This document shows positions 37,652 to 49,590 of a DNA stretch of 64,000 bases, piece after piece. The translations under genes were made by a program, and so were the position numbers. The notes under the pieces are model-generated. The model ran no database searches and was not told the origin of the DNA. It saw only the letters and a program-made list of their open reading frames with translations. Source of the stretch: Octopus sinensis (lineage: Eukaryota); NCBI RefSeq assembly GCF_006345805.1, contig NC_043005.1, positions 94,426,001 to 94,490,000 on the forward strand, read 5' to 3'. How positions within the stretch are numbered: the first letter of the stretch is position 1; the number at the start of each line of letters is the position of its first letter.

Positions 37652-37829
37652 TATACATATATATATACGACGGGCTTATTTCAGTTTCCGCCTACCAAAT
37701 CTACTTACAGGCTTTGGTCGGCCCGAGGCTATAGAGGAAGACACTTGCCCAAGATGCCACGCAGTGGGACCGAACCCGGAACCATGTGGTTGGTAAGCAA
37801 GCTACTTACCACACAGCCACTCCTGCGCC
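37344..37829 (-). mobile_element. tRNA-derived SINE, full length (same family as 6454)
   Basis: Head GGCGCAGGAGTGGCTGTGTGGTAAGTAGCTTGCTTACC, B-box GGTTCGGTCC, internal microsatellite, tail. Confidence 0.9.
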
Positions 37830-38926
37830 TATATATATATACACACACACACACATATATATTTCTCCTTGCATATATCTTTTCATTTCTACAAAGCTGT
37901 ACTCCTCTCAAACTCTATTGCATACTTCGATTTTACTCTTATTATTTCTCTTATACAATCTTTAATAGAAATATTGTGCTATACCTACTAATATTTGATT
38001 ATTTTGTATGTGTGTACATGCGTATATGTATATATGCATGTTTGTGTGTGTATATATATGTGGGTGTGTATATGTATGTGGGTATAAACTCTTTAGACCC
38101 TCTTATAAACTCTCTGATGAAACCTAGAGGCACACCCGAGTAACCTAATACACTGAAAAGATGGAAATAACATGTGGGGTACTGTGACCTCTTGGCAGAA
38201 ACAGCTGTAAGAAACTGTTCTTTTCTCTCTATTCTAGAAATTACTGGTACTTATGTATGTAAAACACAATCTTTACATACGTGTATATATTCTCATAATT
38301 CTTTAAAATATATAAATAGACATAATATAATGTCGAACAGTTGATGCATACTACCTCATAATTCTTTAAAATATATTCTCATAATTCTTTAAAATATATA
38401 AATAGACATAATATAATGTCGAACAGTTGATGCATACTACCTCTGGATACCCTCCATTTTCTTCTAGCCGTATAAATTAAAAAGGTAAAACCACTTTTTT
38501 ACCCTCGCCCAGTTGTTACGTTCAGTAGTGTAATTGCCACGCAATAACCAACACTTGGGTATTCTACCAGCAGTATTTTGGATAGATACTATCCCTTAGT
38601 TGGTTGGCTTCACAACCTCTAATCTAACTCTCTTTGAATTACATATATATATATATTTATATTTATATATATGTATGTATGTATATATATATTCGTAAAA
38701 AGCTGATGATTCGCTCATTCGTTACTCACGATCAGAAGGAAATATAATGAGTATTGTTTCTTGTTTTTTTTTTATCACTGTGATAAATAGCATGCAGTGA
38801 AAAGCTCTGATCAGTTTCGAACGAATGAATAAAATATACCGCATACATTGACGAGTTTTTCTTTTTTTTTCACCTATTTGTATATCTAAACGTATATGGG
38901 AAAGCAATCTACCATTAATTATGCAG

Positions 38927-38957
<31 letters not shown>

Positions 38958-39156
38958 ACACACACATACATGCATACACACACATACACACCTACGCACG
39001 TACACGTACATATACTCATATATATACACACACATATATATGTATATTTCTGTACACACACACACACACATATATATATATACATATGTACATATATAGA
39101 TACACACATATATATTCATACATACTTATATACACACGCATATACACATATAATAC

Positions 39157-39217
<61 letters not shown>

Positions 39218-39842
39218 CCATTAACACACACGCGCGCACACACAGGTATGCCAAATTACTTTCGCTGTTTACAAGTATTATATACATATGTGTATGTATG
39301 TGTATGTGTGCGCTCGTGTACATAAGATGTTTTCTGATCATGTATATATGTATGTGCTTATAATTTTGAGAGCGATGTTGTCACATTCATTTTAGCGTAG
39401 AATTTATACACCAACATTCTTAAAAGGCCTATTTGTTTGGAAAACAGTTTCGGATTTTTGTTTGAACGTAAAAGATTAGGAATCGGCAAAACACTATTCA
39501 TTTACAACAAAATTATAAAAATTATTTGCATTTTTTTCGGTATCAGAAACTGATTGTTATTTGATGATCTACAGCAGCAGTGGTTTTTCTCTTTCATAAA
39601 AATATTTCCTTTGCATTTGAAGTTGTAAGAATACATTTTGTTTACATTTGTAATTAGATTTTCAGGTTTAATAAATTGAAATTGAAACATCACCATTGAT
39701 AGATCTCCAGAAAGTAAAACAACTCTTGCTTTCAAATGTAAACAAAATACACTACAAATGCAAATGTAATACTATGAAAAACGTACGGCAACCTTAAATT
39801 TATGATTTAAAAAAAATTAAATTGAAAAAAGTTTGTTGTTGT

Positions 39843-39844
<2 letters not shown>

Positions 39845-39906
<62 letters not shown>
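39845..39906. repeat. (AAT)n microsatellite
   Basis: Direct reading. Confidence 0.95.
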
Positions 39907-41559
39907 TACCTTTATCAAAGGAAAAATGACAGAAACATCTAACGTTAACCTTGACCAACAGAATGTCATAAAAGAACTAGACCCAGCGGAGAGCTACAAG
40001 TACCTAGGGGTAATTGAAGGGAACGGAATAAGGCATTCAGAGATGAAGGAAAGGATCAGGAGAGAATGCTATCGAAGAGTGAGAGCAATACTCAAGACAG
40101 AGCTGAATGCAAGAAACAGGATCGAAGCAATCAATGCATTAGCTATACCAGTCGTGACTTACAGTTTCAATATTGTTAACTGGTCAATTACTGAAATATG
40201 TCAGCTCGACAGAAAAATAAGGAAACTGTTGACAATGCATAGAATGCACCACCCTAAGGCAGATACAGAACGACTCTATCTGCCAAGAAAAGAGGGAGGC
40301 CGTGGTCTTTTGCAACTGGCAATAACAATGAAGATTGCTACAATTGGCCTAGACACCTACCTGAAAAACTCTGAGGACTGGATGTTAAAACTTGTCTCAA
40401 AACATGAAAACAAGAAAGCATCATACTCAGTCGCAAAACAGGCAAAGAATATCTAAGTGAATTCCGAATACAACCAATTTCGGAATTAGAGATAGACATA
40501 CAAGAAACAAGCACAGAAAAAGCTAGGCGCATGAAAACCCGTGCCAAAACTGCGGCCTTAGATATTCTGAATAATAAATGGCAAGAAAAACCTCTCTACG
40601 GCAAATACCCAAAGAGAGCGAATAATGCAGATATCGACAAAGCCCTGACCCATCAATGGCTAATGGCCTCTGGCTTAAAATCTGAAACAGAGGGGTTTAT
40701 CATAGCAGCTCAAGATCAATGCCTACCAACAAGAAACTACCAGGCCAACACATTAAAGATCAGAAGCAGTCCAACGTGTCGTGTATGCAAGCAACAAAAT
40801 GAAACCATTGACCATGTGGTCTCCAAGTGCAGTCTTCTAGCGCCTACAGAGTACCTCAACAGGCACGATAGAGCTGCACAATATATTCACTGGGTAATCT
40901 GTAAAAACCTGGATTTGCCCCATGAAAAAAACTGGTGGGAACACAAACCACCCCCAGTGCTTGAAAATGACCACATCTCACTCCTCTGGAACTTCACCAT
41001 TCAAACTGACAGGAAGATAGATGCAAATAGGCCAGACGTCATATTGAAAGACTTCAAACAAAGAACATGCCTCCTCATTGATATGACTGTCCCAATCGAT
41101 ATAAACGTATCTGTCAGGACCTACCAAAAACTGAGCAAATATAAAGATCTTGAAATAGAAATCAGCAAAATGTGGAAGCTGAAGACTAAAACAATACCTG
41201 TTGTCATAGGTGCCCTGGGAATGATAGCAAAAGGGGCTGATAGCTACCTAACTCAGATACCAGGAAACCCAAAATGGCAGAAGTTCAAAAGATAGTGCTC
41301 ATGGGAACTGCTCATATCCTACGCAAAATACTCTCTATGTAACCTCAAGGTTTAAAACAACCATAATTTTCGGTTTAAAAAAAAAAAAAAAAAAAAACTT
41401 TTTTTTTAGACATTCATTAGTACAACATCCCCACCCCCCCAAATATATGGCACACTAGGCATAACAACAACATGAACTTCCAACCCTGTTGTCTCTTGAG
41501 GTCTCTGGGTGAGACTTGGAGCCAACTTGTACAAATATAAAGCAAAAGTCAAACATAGA
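39907..41559 (+). mobile_element. R4/Dong-type RLE non-LTR retrotransposon, 5'-truncated, in (TAA)n
   Basis: YKYLGV, CRVCKQQNETIDHVVSKC zinc knuckle, RPDVIL..IDMTVP..K..KY endonuclease. (TAA)n on both sides. Both frameshifts are single-base losses in homopolymers. Confidence 0.9.
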
Positions 41560-41608
41560 ATAATAATAATAATAATGATGATGATGATGATGATGATAAT
41601 AATAATAA

Positions 41609-41647
41609 TTGCAAACAGCATGAACGTGTGACAGCAATCTACCAAGA

Positions 41648-41729
<82 letters not shown>

Positions 41730-41766
41730 TTGGTAGATTGCTGTCACACGTTCATGCTGTTTGCAA
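41609..41766. repeat. Perfect 40-bp inverted repeat around (TA)n, extended by mirrored AAT/GAT repeats
   Basis: 41609-41648 is the exact reverse complement of 41727-41766. Confidence 0.9.
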
Positions 41767-41777
41767 TTATTATTATT

Positions 41778-41839
<62 letters not shown>

Positions 41840-41856
41840 CATCATCATCATCATCA

Positions 41857-41894
<38 letters not shown>

Positions 41895-42359
41895 GAGTGA
41901 GAGAGCAGTGCATGCCATCAAAGTGACACTGGGGTAAAATATACGAAGCCCAATATACCCATCATGACTACCCGTCTGATAAAGGTACACCAGGCACATG
42001 CATCACAACCATATGTGCGCGACATGGTGATCTCATATCAAGATAAACAGCACATGACTTTGCAGGTGGGGCCCAGTTAGAATTTTCTTCAGCCCATCCC
42101 GCTCAAACGGTCCCTGAATAAGGGTTGTTTAAGGATGTTGAAAGAACCACCCATGTTTCCAGAGGTGAACTATTCAAGCCCCAAAGAATCCCTCTCAACA
42201 CATGGCTATGATGCTCCCCCACTACTTCTGCTCGTGATCAGAGATGCACATATCGTCAGCCACTAAGGGACATGCTCAACTGGTTATGGTCAAACAACTG
42301 ACAAGCAAATCTGTGGTATTGAGCAGAATATTTGCTGTAGCCCATCTTTTATACCAAGA
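41895..42359. mobile_element. 465-bp non-coding element in (ATT)n, copy 1
   Basis: Apparently identical to 42540-43004. ATT/CAT repeats on both sides. Confidence 0.7.
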
Positions 42360-42380
42360 TTATTATTATTATTATTATTA

Positions 42381-42415
<35 letters not shown>

Positions 42416-42422
42416 TATTATT

Positions 42423-42454
<32 letters not shown>

Positions 42455-42539
42455 TATTATTATATTATTATTATTATTATTATTATTATCATCATCATCA
42501 TCATCATTATTATTATTTATTATTATTATTATTATTATT

Positions 42540-43003
42540 GAGTGAGAGAGCAGTGCATGCCATCAAAGTGACACTGGGGTAAAATATACGAAGCCCAATA
42601 TACCCATCATGACTACCCGTCTGATAAAGGTACACCAGGCACATGCATCACAACCATATGTGCGCGACATGGTGATCTCATATCAAGATAAACAGCACAT
42701 GACTTTGCAGGTGGGGCCCAGTTAGAATTTTCTTCAGCCCATCCCGCTCAAACGGTCCCTGAATAAGGGTTGTTTAAGGATGTTGAAAGAACCACCCATG
42801 TTTCCAGAGGTGAACTATTCAAGCCCCAAAGAATCCCTCTCAACACATGGCTATGATGCTCCCCCACTACTTCTGCTCGTGATCAGAGATGCACATATCG
42901 TCAGCCACTAAGGGACATGCTCAACTGGTTATGGTCAAACAACTGACAAGCAAATCTGTGGTATTGAGCAGAATATTTGCTGTAGCCCATCTTTTATACC
43001 AAG

Positions 43004-43004
<1 letters not shown>
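42540..43004. mobile_element. 465-bp non-coding element in (ATT)n, copy 2
   Basis: See copy 1. Confidence 0.7.
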
Positions 43005-43071
<67 letters not shown>

Positions 43072-43095
43072 CATTATTATTATTATTATTATTAT

Positions 43096-43590
43096 TTTTC
43101 AGTAGTTTTATTTTTATAGCGTGCTTTCGCTTCCCTACTGAGCGCAGCTCTGTGTGCTTTGGGTATGTGCTGTGGTTTGTTGTGATGCTCTGATGGTTAT
43201 TGTATGGAAAGTGTTCTGCGTAGGATGTGTGCAGTGCCCAGTAGTGCAATTTTCTGTATGTTATATGTGTTTGTAAGTTATGTTATATGTGTTTATATGT
43301 GTTTTTGTTATGTATTTGTCTGAATATATTTTTATCATGCCTAAAGCGCCTACTATGATAGGAATTGTTTCTGTTTTTAGATTCCACATTCGTGTTACCT
43401 CTATTTCCAGGTCTTTGTATTTTGGAAGTTTCTCCATTTCTTTTAGAGACACGTTGTCATCTGCTGGTATTGATACATCAATTAGAAGGCATTTTTTTCT
43501 TCATGATCTCTGACAACTATATCTGGTCTGTTGGCCTTAATTTTCTATCTGTGTGTATTGGCATATCCCAGAGTATGGTTGCTTTCTGTT
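43096..43590 (-). mobile_element. R4/Dong-type RLE 3' fragment (second subfamily)
   Basis: WDMPIHTD..ANRPDIVV..IDVSIP..KYKDLEIEVTRMWNLKTETIPIIVGALG, followed by (TAA)n on the minus strand. Confidence 0.85.
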
Positions 43591-43884
43591 TTCTTCTTCT
43601 TCTACTTGTTGTTGTTGTTGTTATTATTATTAAGATGGTGAACCGGAAGAATGATTAGCATGCGGGACAAAATGCCGAAATAAATAACCGCAACCGTTCA
43701 ATTTACCCAAAGCTGAAACACTCATCTATTAAGCTACTGCTTCAGTCGAAGGAAACATGAAACTTTCCAAGTTCCTATATTGGAATATGCATAGGCAGCT
43801 TCGATAGTTGGTGCCTAAAGGTTAAATCCATCCTTCGAGATACGTATGAAAGATATAATACTATCTAGTCTATACTACCATTCA

Positions 43885-45545
43885 TTAACCAAATTGCAAC
43901 GTTGGTAGACTCAACAGGCGTATCGATTGAGGACCCTTAGCAGAGGCTTTTTCGACAATTTTCAAACAAGATGATGGTCGTGACGCCCCATCCCATTTGA
44001 TAGATCGGTACCTCCAATGCCTAGATTGGTCATCACTCGTGACGAAGTCGAACGCGTTATTTAAGGCTTCGATGTCAACAAGGGTCACAGCCCTGACGGC
44101 ACACACCCACAGGTTATCAAAGCGTTGGCTCCAGTCATCTGCGAACCTTTAACACTTCTATTCAATATGTCATTGGCGACGGGTGTTGTACCTGCGGACT
44201 GGAGAACAGCGATAATCTGCTTGATTTTCAAGAAAAGGAGCCGCGAAGACCCGCTTAACTACCGACCGGTTTCTCTTATTCAATAATCAGCAAGATGTTC
44301 GAAACCATCCTCAAGAAAAGTATGTTGCTCCACCTCCAAAACACAGCCTCTATCTCTGATTCCCAACACTGCTTCGTGCCGAAGAGATCATGCTTGACTA
44401 AGTTACTGGTAATGGAAGAATTGGTGACACGTATCCTGGATGATGGTGATGCTGTTGACATCGTTTTATTGGACTTTGCCAAAGCTTTTGACTCGGTTAA
44501 CCACCGCCTATTACTTGTCAAGCTTCAAGTATATAGTTTCCATCCGGATATTGTACGATGGGTTGGTTCCTTCCTCTCAGATCGCTCCTTCCAAGTCCAA
44601 GTTAACGTCTCCAGTGCGAGCAGTGGCGTGCCTCAAGGTTCAGTGCTTGGGCCGTTATTGTTTTTAGTCTTCATCAATGACTTGCCCGACGACCTTACGC
44701 AACACACCCTTCTATTTGCCGATGATGTCAAACTGGTCGCTCCTCGCAGTGATATTGATGATCTTCGTCGATGCCTCCACCAAGTTTGGAGATGGTCAAA
44801 CGAATAGGACCTGTGTCTGAACGTGTCAAAGTGCTGTCATCTGCTTGTTGGCTCCTCTCCTGCAACTCAACTTGATTTCGAGTCGGGTCATCTGCTGCTG
44901 GAAAGGACCGACCAGGTAAAGGACCTGGGTATCTTGGTGGATTCTTCCTTTTCGCCTTCGGTCCAATGCGTCCATGCTGCCAACAAAGTACGCGGAGTTC
45001 TGTTTTTGATTCGACGGTCATTCGGAATGCTCACAGCAGCCATATTCCTACCGCTCTATGTCACGCTGGTGAGACCCATGTTGGAGTACGGGATTCAAGC
45101 CTCTTCTCCTTATCTCCTCAAAGACATACATCATCTTGAAAGAATCCAGAAGCTGGCTACCCGCATGGTTCTTGGTCTCAAGCATTTGTCTTATGAAGAA
45201 AGGCTGAAGACGCTCGAAAAACGACGACGCTGTGGTGATCTCATTCTCGCTCACAACATCATAAGCGGAAAGTGTAAACTCTCGAAAGAGCTGTTCTTCA
45301 CTCTTGCTCCAGAGCGTCGGCTGCGGGGTCATTCCGAAAAGCTCTATGCACGATGATTTCATCTCAATCGAAGGCGAGAGGCTTTCTCCGTCCGGGTTGC
45401 GGATCCGTGGAATAAGCTGCCAGACGAGATAGTGAAGATGCCGACGACCGCTCGGTTCAAAGTCTCTCTTGACCAGAAATAGCCTGAACTCTTTGTATGA
45501 CCACCCTCCCTGTATACATAACTCCCTGTCCCCCTCCATGGCCTT
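43885..45545 (+). mobile_element. CR1-type LINE RT region, 5'-truncated
   Basis: PDGTHPQVIK, NYRPVSL, LDFAKAFDSV, GVPQGSVLGPLLF, FADD, LEKRRRCGDLI. Confidence 0.85.
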
Positions 45546-46816
45546 GACGAAAATGACGAAAATTTCCTCACCAAAATGATACGCACCTCAGACAGAACAG
45601 TATATATAATTTCTAAGTGCAGGTAGCAGAACTATTTCATTTACTAGCTTCAACATTGCAAACTTAAATTCAATCATGAAATAAGTAGAAGACCATGGAC
45701 TAACATCTCGTAAGTAGAAATTAACAGTATACCGAACTACATCGACTGAGAAAGGTAGCCATTCTACTATACAGCCCTGTCTGGAAATTTTCCCAAAACT
45801 GTTATATCGAATTCTGATCAACAGTGTGCTGTAAGTTAACACTATAGCCAGATCTATTTCTTTTCGACTAGAGATATACTTTTTAGTTCATAGTAATCAT
45901 AATAACTGCCCCCTCCGAAATCGAAGCGGCATGTATCAAACCGAAAATGAGAGGATGACAGGAGCAAAGATAACTCAAGGAGAATCAATGCATTTTGATC
46001 TGATAGATGGAAAGACAAGTCCATTCTGATGGGTGTTTTTCACTGGATGGATAATCTATCTTGGGTCTGAATTGGTGCTGGTCTCTTAAAAGAGAACTAA
46101 GAGAAGGTAAAGACGTAACGACCGAATTTTCCCATAAATTGAATAAATTGGAATGCCTGCAGTGATTTTCTTAAAAGAATGGACAGATATCGCTGTTTGC
46201 TCTCTGTATTCACTCTATACACATAAGCACTGAGTTTACAACATTTAAGTGGTTTTTCAGAGGACAGCCGGCGTGCAATGTTAACATAAAGAAGACGTAA
46301 AGGGGATCTTTTTGGCCGGCTCGTGTCTTTGACAAAACTACAGTCTTTGGTAACATGTAGACTGAGGATGGTAGTATATTTATTAGTATACTTTATTAGC
46401 ATATTTATTAGTAGACCTGTTCGCTTAGGAAAAGATTTATTTCTTAATTTCCCATGCTTACTGAAGCGTATTTTATTATTTTAACGATCACATTTTCTTT
46501 TTTTTAGTCTGATTATTTATTGTCGTTATATGATAATTAAATTAAAACTTTTTCAATTACGCCTTCAGCTCTGTTTAGCAATTACAATGTGTTAAAGTTA
46601 AATTGTATATGTCTTAATGTGAAAATTAGCATCATGATAATAAGAAATAACAAATGTGAACCAAATTACGTGGAAGACAGGTTGATAATTGTAGTAAAAT
46701 GTGCATATTATGATAATAATGTAATATTATATAATCTGTCTAGTTACTGAATATGTCAGTTTAAAGTTATAGAGAAGCTATTCATTTAATAATTTATCGC
46801 TGTCATATAAATAGAG

Positions 46817-46936
46817 AATACTAAACGAGTTCCCTATGGATATCGTATTTATTACAACGAGTGGCTTGTAAACGTATCTAACGAGCGAAAGTGAGTTGTA
46901 ATAAATACGGTATCCATAGGGAATGAGTTTGGTATT
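46817..46936. repeat. Subterminal inverted repeat of the Crypton
   Basis: 46830-46858 pairs with 46895-46923 at 28/29 positions. Confidence 0.85.
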
Positions 46937-47279
46937 TTATTTATTACACACGAATAAACGACCATATTTTATTAATGTAATAATTAAATTCTTCACATCA
47001 TGTTGAAGCGCGCATGAATACAGCTTGATTTCACGTCAGTGACGTCACAATGTGTAACTGTAAAATATGTCATGCCGCAGGAAGATAGTCCGACTTTATA
47101 GCGCTAAGTTTTCAGGTGAAATGACTGATAACTGATGACTATTTAACATTTTGTTAACATTCAAGTTCACGTTCAAGAAATACATAACACAGATTGAATC
47201 TTCAATAACTTTAATAATACTCAAATATGTTTTCGAGTAGCAATGTCAGTCAGAGTAGAGCACAATAGTCCAGGAAAAC

Positions 47280-48838
47280 TTAACATTCCTCATCATCTGT
47301 GAGACGAGGTCGCTTTGCATCTGAACCAAAGAAGTTCACATTGATTGTTCCCCCATATATTGGAGCCGAGAAAATGGAGTGCAATGAACCAAAGCAAGTG
47401 ACAGCGTTCCGAGGTTGACTCGACGTAACGTTGACGTTCACTTGCACTTGCTGCTGCTGTGTGTGATGGAGGTACAAGCGAACCAGGCTGGTCGTTGTTG
47501 CTACTAAGGATGTTACTGATGGCACGATGACAATCCATGGAAATATTGCTGTAACTATTGATGCTTTGCACATTACGATGTCCAGATATCTGCATGATTT
47601 CAGTTGGAGGAATGTTCTGGTCAGCGAGCTTCTGCACAAGGTATTTGTGTGCTGAATGGTTCGTGAATCTTCGATTGTCCAAACCAGCTGATTTAGCCAT
47701 CCTTTTCATAATTGTACCTAGTTTGTTGACACCGACCGGTTGACGTTTAAACCAGGGATGAGAATGGGAGGCATCTTTGCAGTTGGTGGCCAAATAAAAT
47801 AGTGAATCCGGCGATGAATAATCTGATGGTCTCAGATCAGCAAAACGCTTGTACAGGTTAACTGGACAACGCTCATCATTCGTCGCCCATGCTTTTGGGT
47901 AGATGTTATGTGCATGGTCGAGATTATCACCTTGACAAGTTTTGGACTGTCGCTCCCTAAACTGAAGGAATTCCTTGCCTTCATTGTCAACATGCAAAGA
48001 AACGTCGCCCCATCGCATGTCGTTGTGAGGTTTGACACTCCGGATACCAAAGTGAAGGGTGTTGTTCCACCATAGCGTGTTGAGGATGGATTCAGGTGTG
48101 TTCGGACCGAGCTGGTCACATTCCCATAGCTTGTTGATATCATCGTCGGAGAGAGATTCCGCGCGTCGAGGTAGGTTTCCCATTCCTTCACTTTTCAACA
48201 GCTTTTGCTTCGTTTTTAGTACGTCATGTAGTTTCACGAATGTCCCGTCCGAGAATAGTGACGTCGAGTAGTGTTTTGACTTCAGATATCTTTCAATACT
48301 GGATAACATTCCCCTCAATGATGAAGGTTTAATAGTTGCTACCGTCCGGCTTTCGTAACGAAATAAAGAAAGTACAGAGAATGTCACAAAGTTCGCTTTT
48401 GTCAATAGATTCAATTGGACGCGTGTCGCCATTTGTCGCCATGAAAGCAAACAATCGTTTAACATCATAGTTTGTTTTCCGAAGAGTATTTTTATTTTGA
48501 TTACCTTGAACGAATTTATCTATTCCAGAATGATCATACCTCGGTTGAAATTCAAGATCATTATGGCTATCATCAAAGAAATCGTCACGAAGAAGATCAT
48601 TGTACACCTCATCAGGGATGTTAAATGCAGGGTTCGATGACAATCCACTCGTGGATGACACTGTTTCAGGTACCTTTGTTAACTTGTATCCAGCAACATG
48701 TCGAACTTGGCCAGTATTTATCTTCACATTGAACATTCTATATGTTCCAAGAGGTTGAACAACGGATAATACTCTTCCCCCATCTTTACCATCAATCTTA
48801 ACAAAATCATTCACCTTGATATCGATAACATTAGCCAT
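47280..48838 (-). pseudogene. Crypton tyrosine recombinase (about 520 aa reconstructed, two frameshifts)
   Basis: RKPDGSNY/[E]PSSLRG..SIERYL, HFGIRS..MRWGDV, PVGVNKL, FTNHSAH..ISGHRNVQSINSY. The C-terminus GGTINVNF..KRPRL is in another frame. Confidence 0.85.
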
Positions 48839-49297
48839 CTTGTTGATAGATCTACCTGCACTGCAACAGTATCGACGAGCAGACGATATATGTTGTGATT
48901 TTTTTGGCAACAAAAAATTGAATTACGACCAGAAATGTTTATATTTTATGTGTATATGACTTTAAGTGATATCTGGTATAAAAAAGATAGTATGTTTGTT
49001 TAATTACATGGCTACATTCTACCGGCTCGTGAAAGTTTAGTTGTAACTTATGAATGACAAAAGTAGTGCCGTCACCGTGACCTCGGGTCATCACCATGGA
49101 TTGACCAATCAGAAGCAGCGCTCGCAGTATCTGACATATGTTAGATACCAAAAATATCTCAAAGTGTTCTCACTCACATGTGTGTAATAAACCTATAAAG
49201 TACGTTACATGCATATGCTATAAAGTGAGAGATATATTATAGTAAGAGTCTGTTGTAGCACAGTATATTCATATCGTTGAATCATACTATTGTACTT

Positions 49298-49590
49298 GTG
49301 GAGGCACATGGCCTAGTGGTTAGAGCATCGGACTCGCGGTCGAGGGATCGCGGGTTCAAATCTCAAACCGGGTGATGTGTGTGTTTATGAGCGAAGCACC
49401 TAAGCTCCACGCGGCTCCGGCAGAAGGTGATGGCGAACGTCTGCTGACTCTTTCGCCACAACTTTCTCTCACTCTTTCCTCTTGCAGCTCACCTGCGACA
49501 GACTGGCGTCCCGTCCAGATGTGGAACCTATACGCCAAGGAAACCGGGAAACCCCTATGAGCCAGGCGTGGCTCGAGAAGGAAAGAAGGA
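49298..49590 (+). mobile_element. tRNA-derived SINE (third family), full length with 12-bp TSD
   Basis: A-box TGGCCTAGTGG, B-box GGTTCAAAT, central GCGACAGACTGGCGTCCCGTCCAG domain. TSD ACTATTGTACTT at 49286-49297 and 49591-49602. Confidence 0.9.

Larger units (their letters stand above)
46801..49140 (-). mobile_element. Crypton tyrosine-recombinase transposon, near full length (ends approximate)
   Basis: DUF3504-type YR ORF, a long subterminal inverted repeat downstream, and a CCAAT-containing region and palindrome upstream. Confidence 0.75.

Noticed and set aside
38108-38140. CTGATGAAACCTAGAGG as a hammerhead
   Set aside because: There is no GAAA core or stem III/I pairing downstream.
38287-38443. 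About 70-bp local tandem duplication
   Set aside because: Ordinary slippage-type duplication in AT-rich DNA.
49298-49375. tRNA gene
   Set aside because: It is the head of a SINE with body, tail and TSD, and there is no proper acceptor stem.
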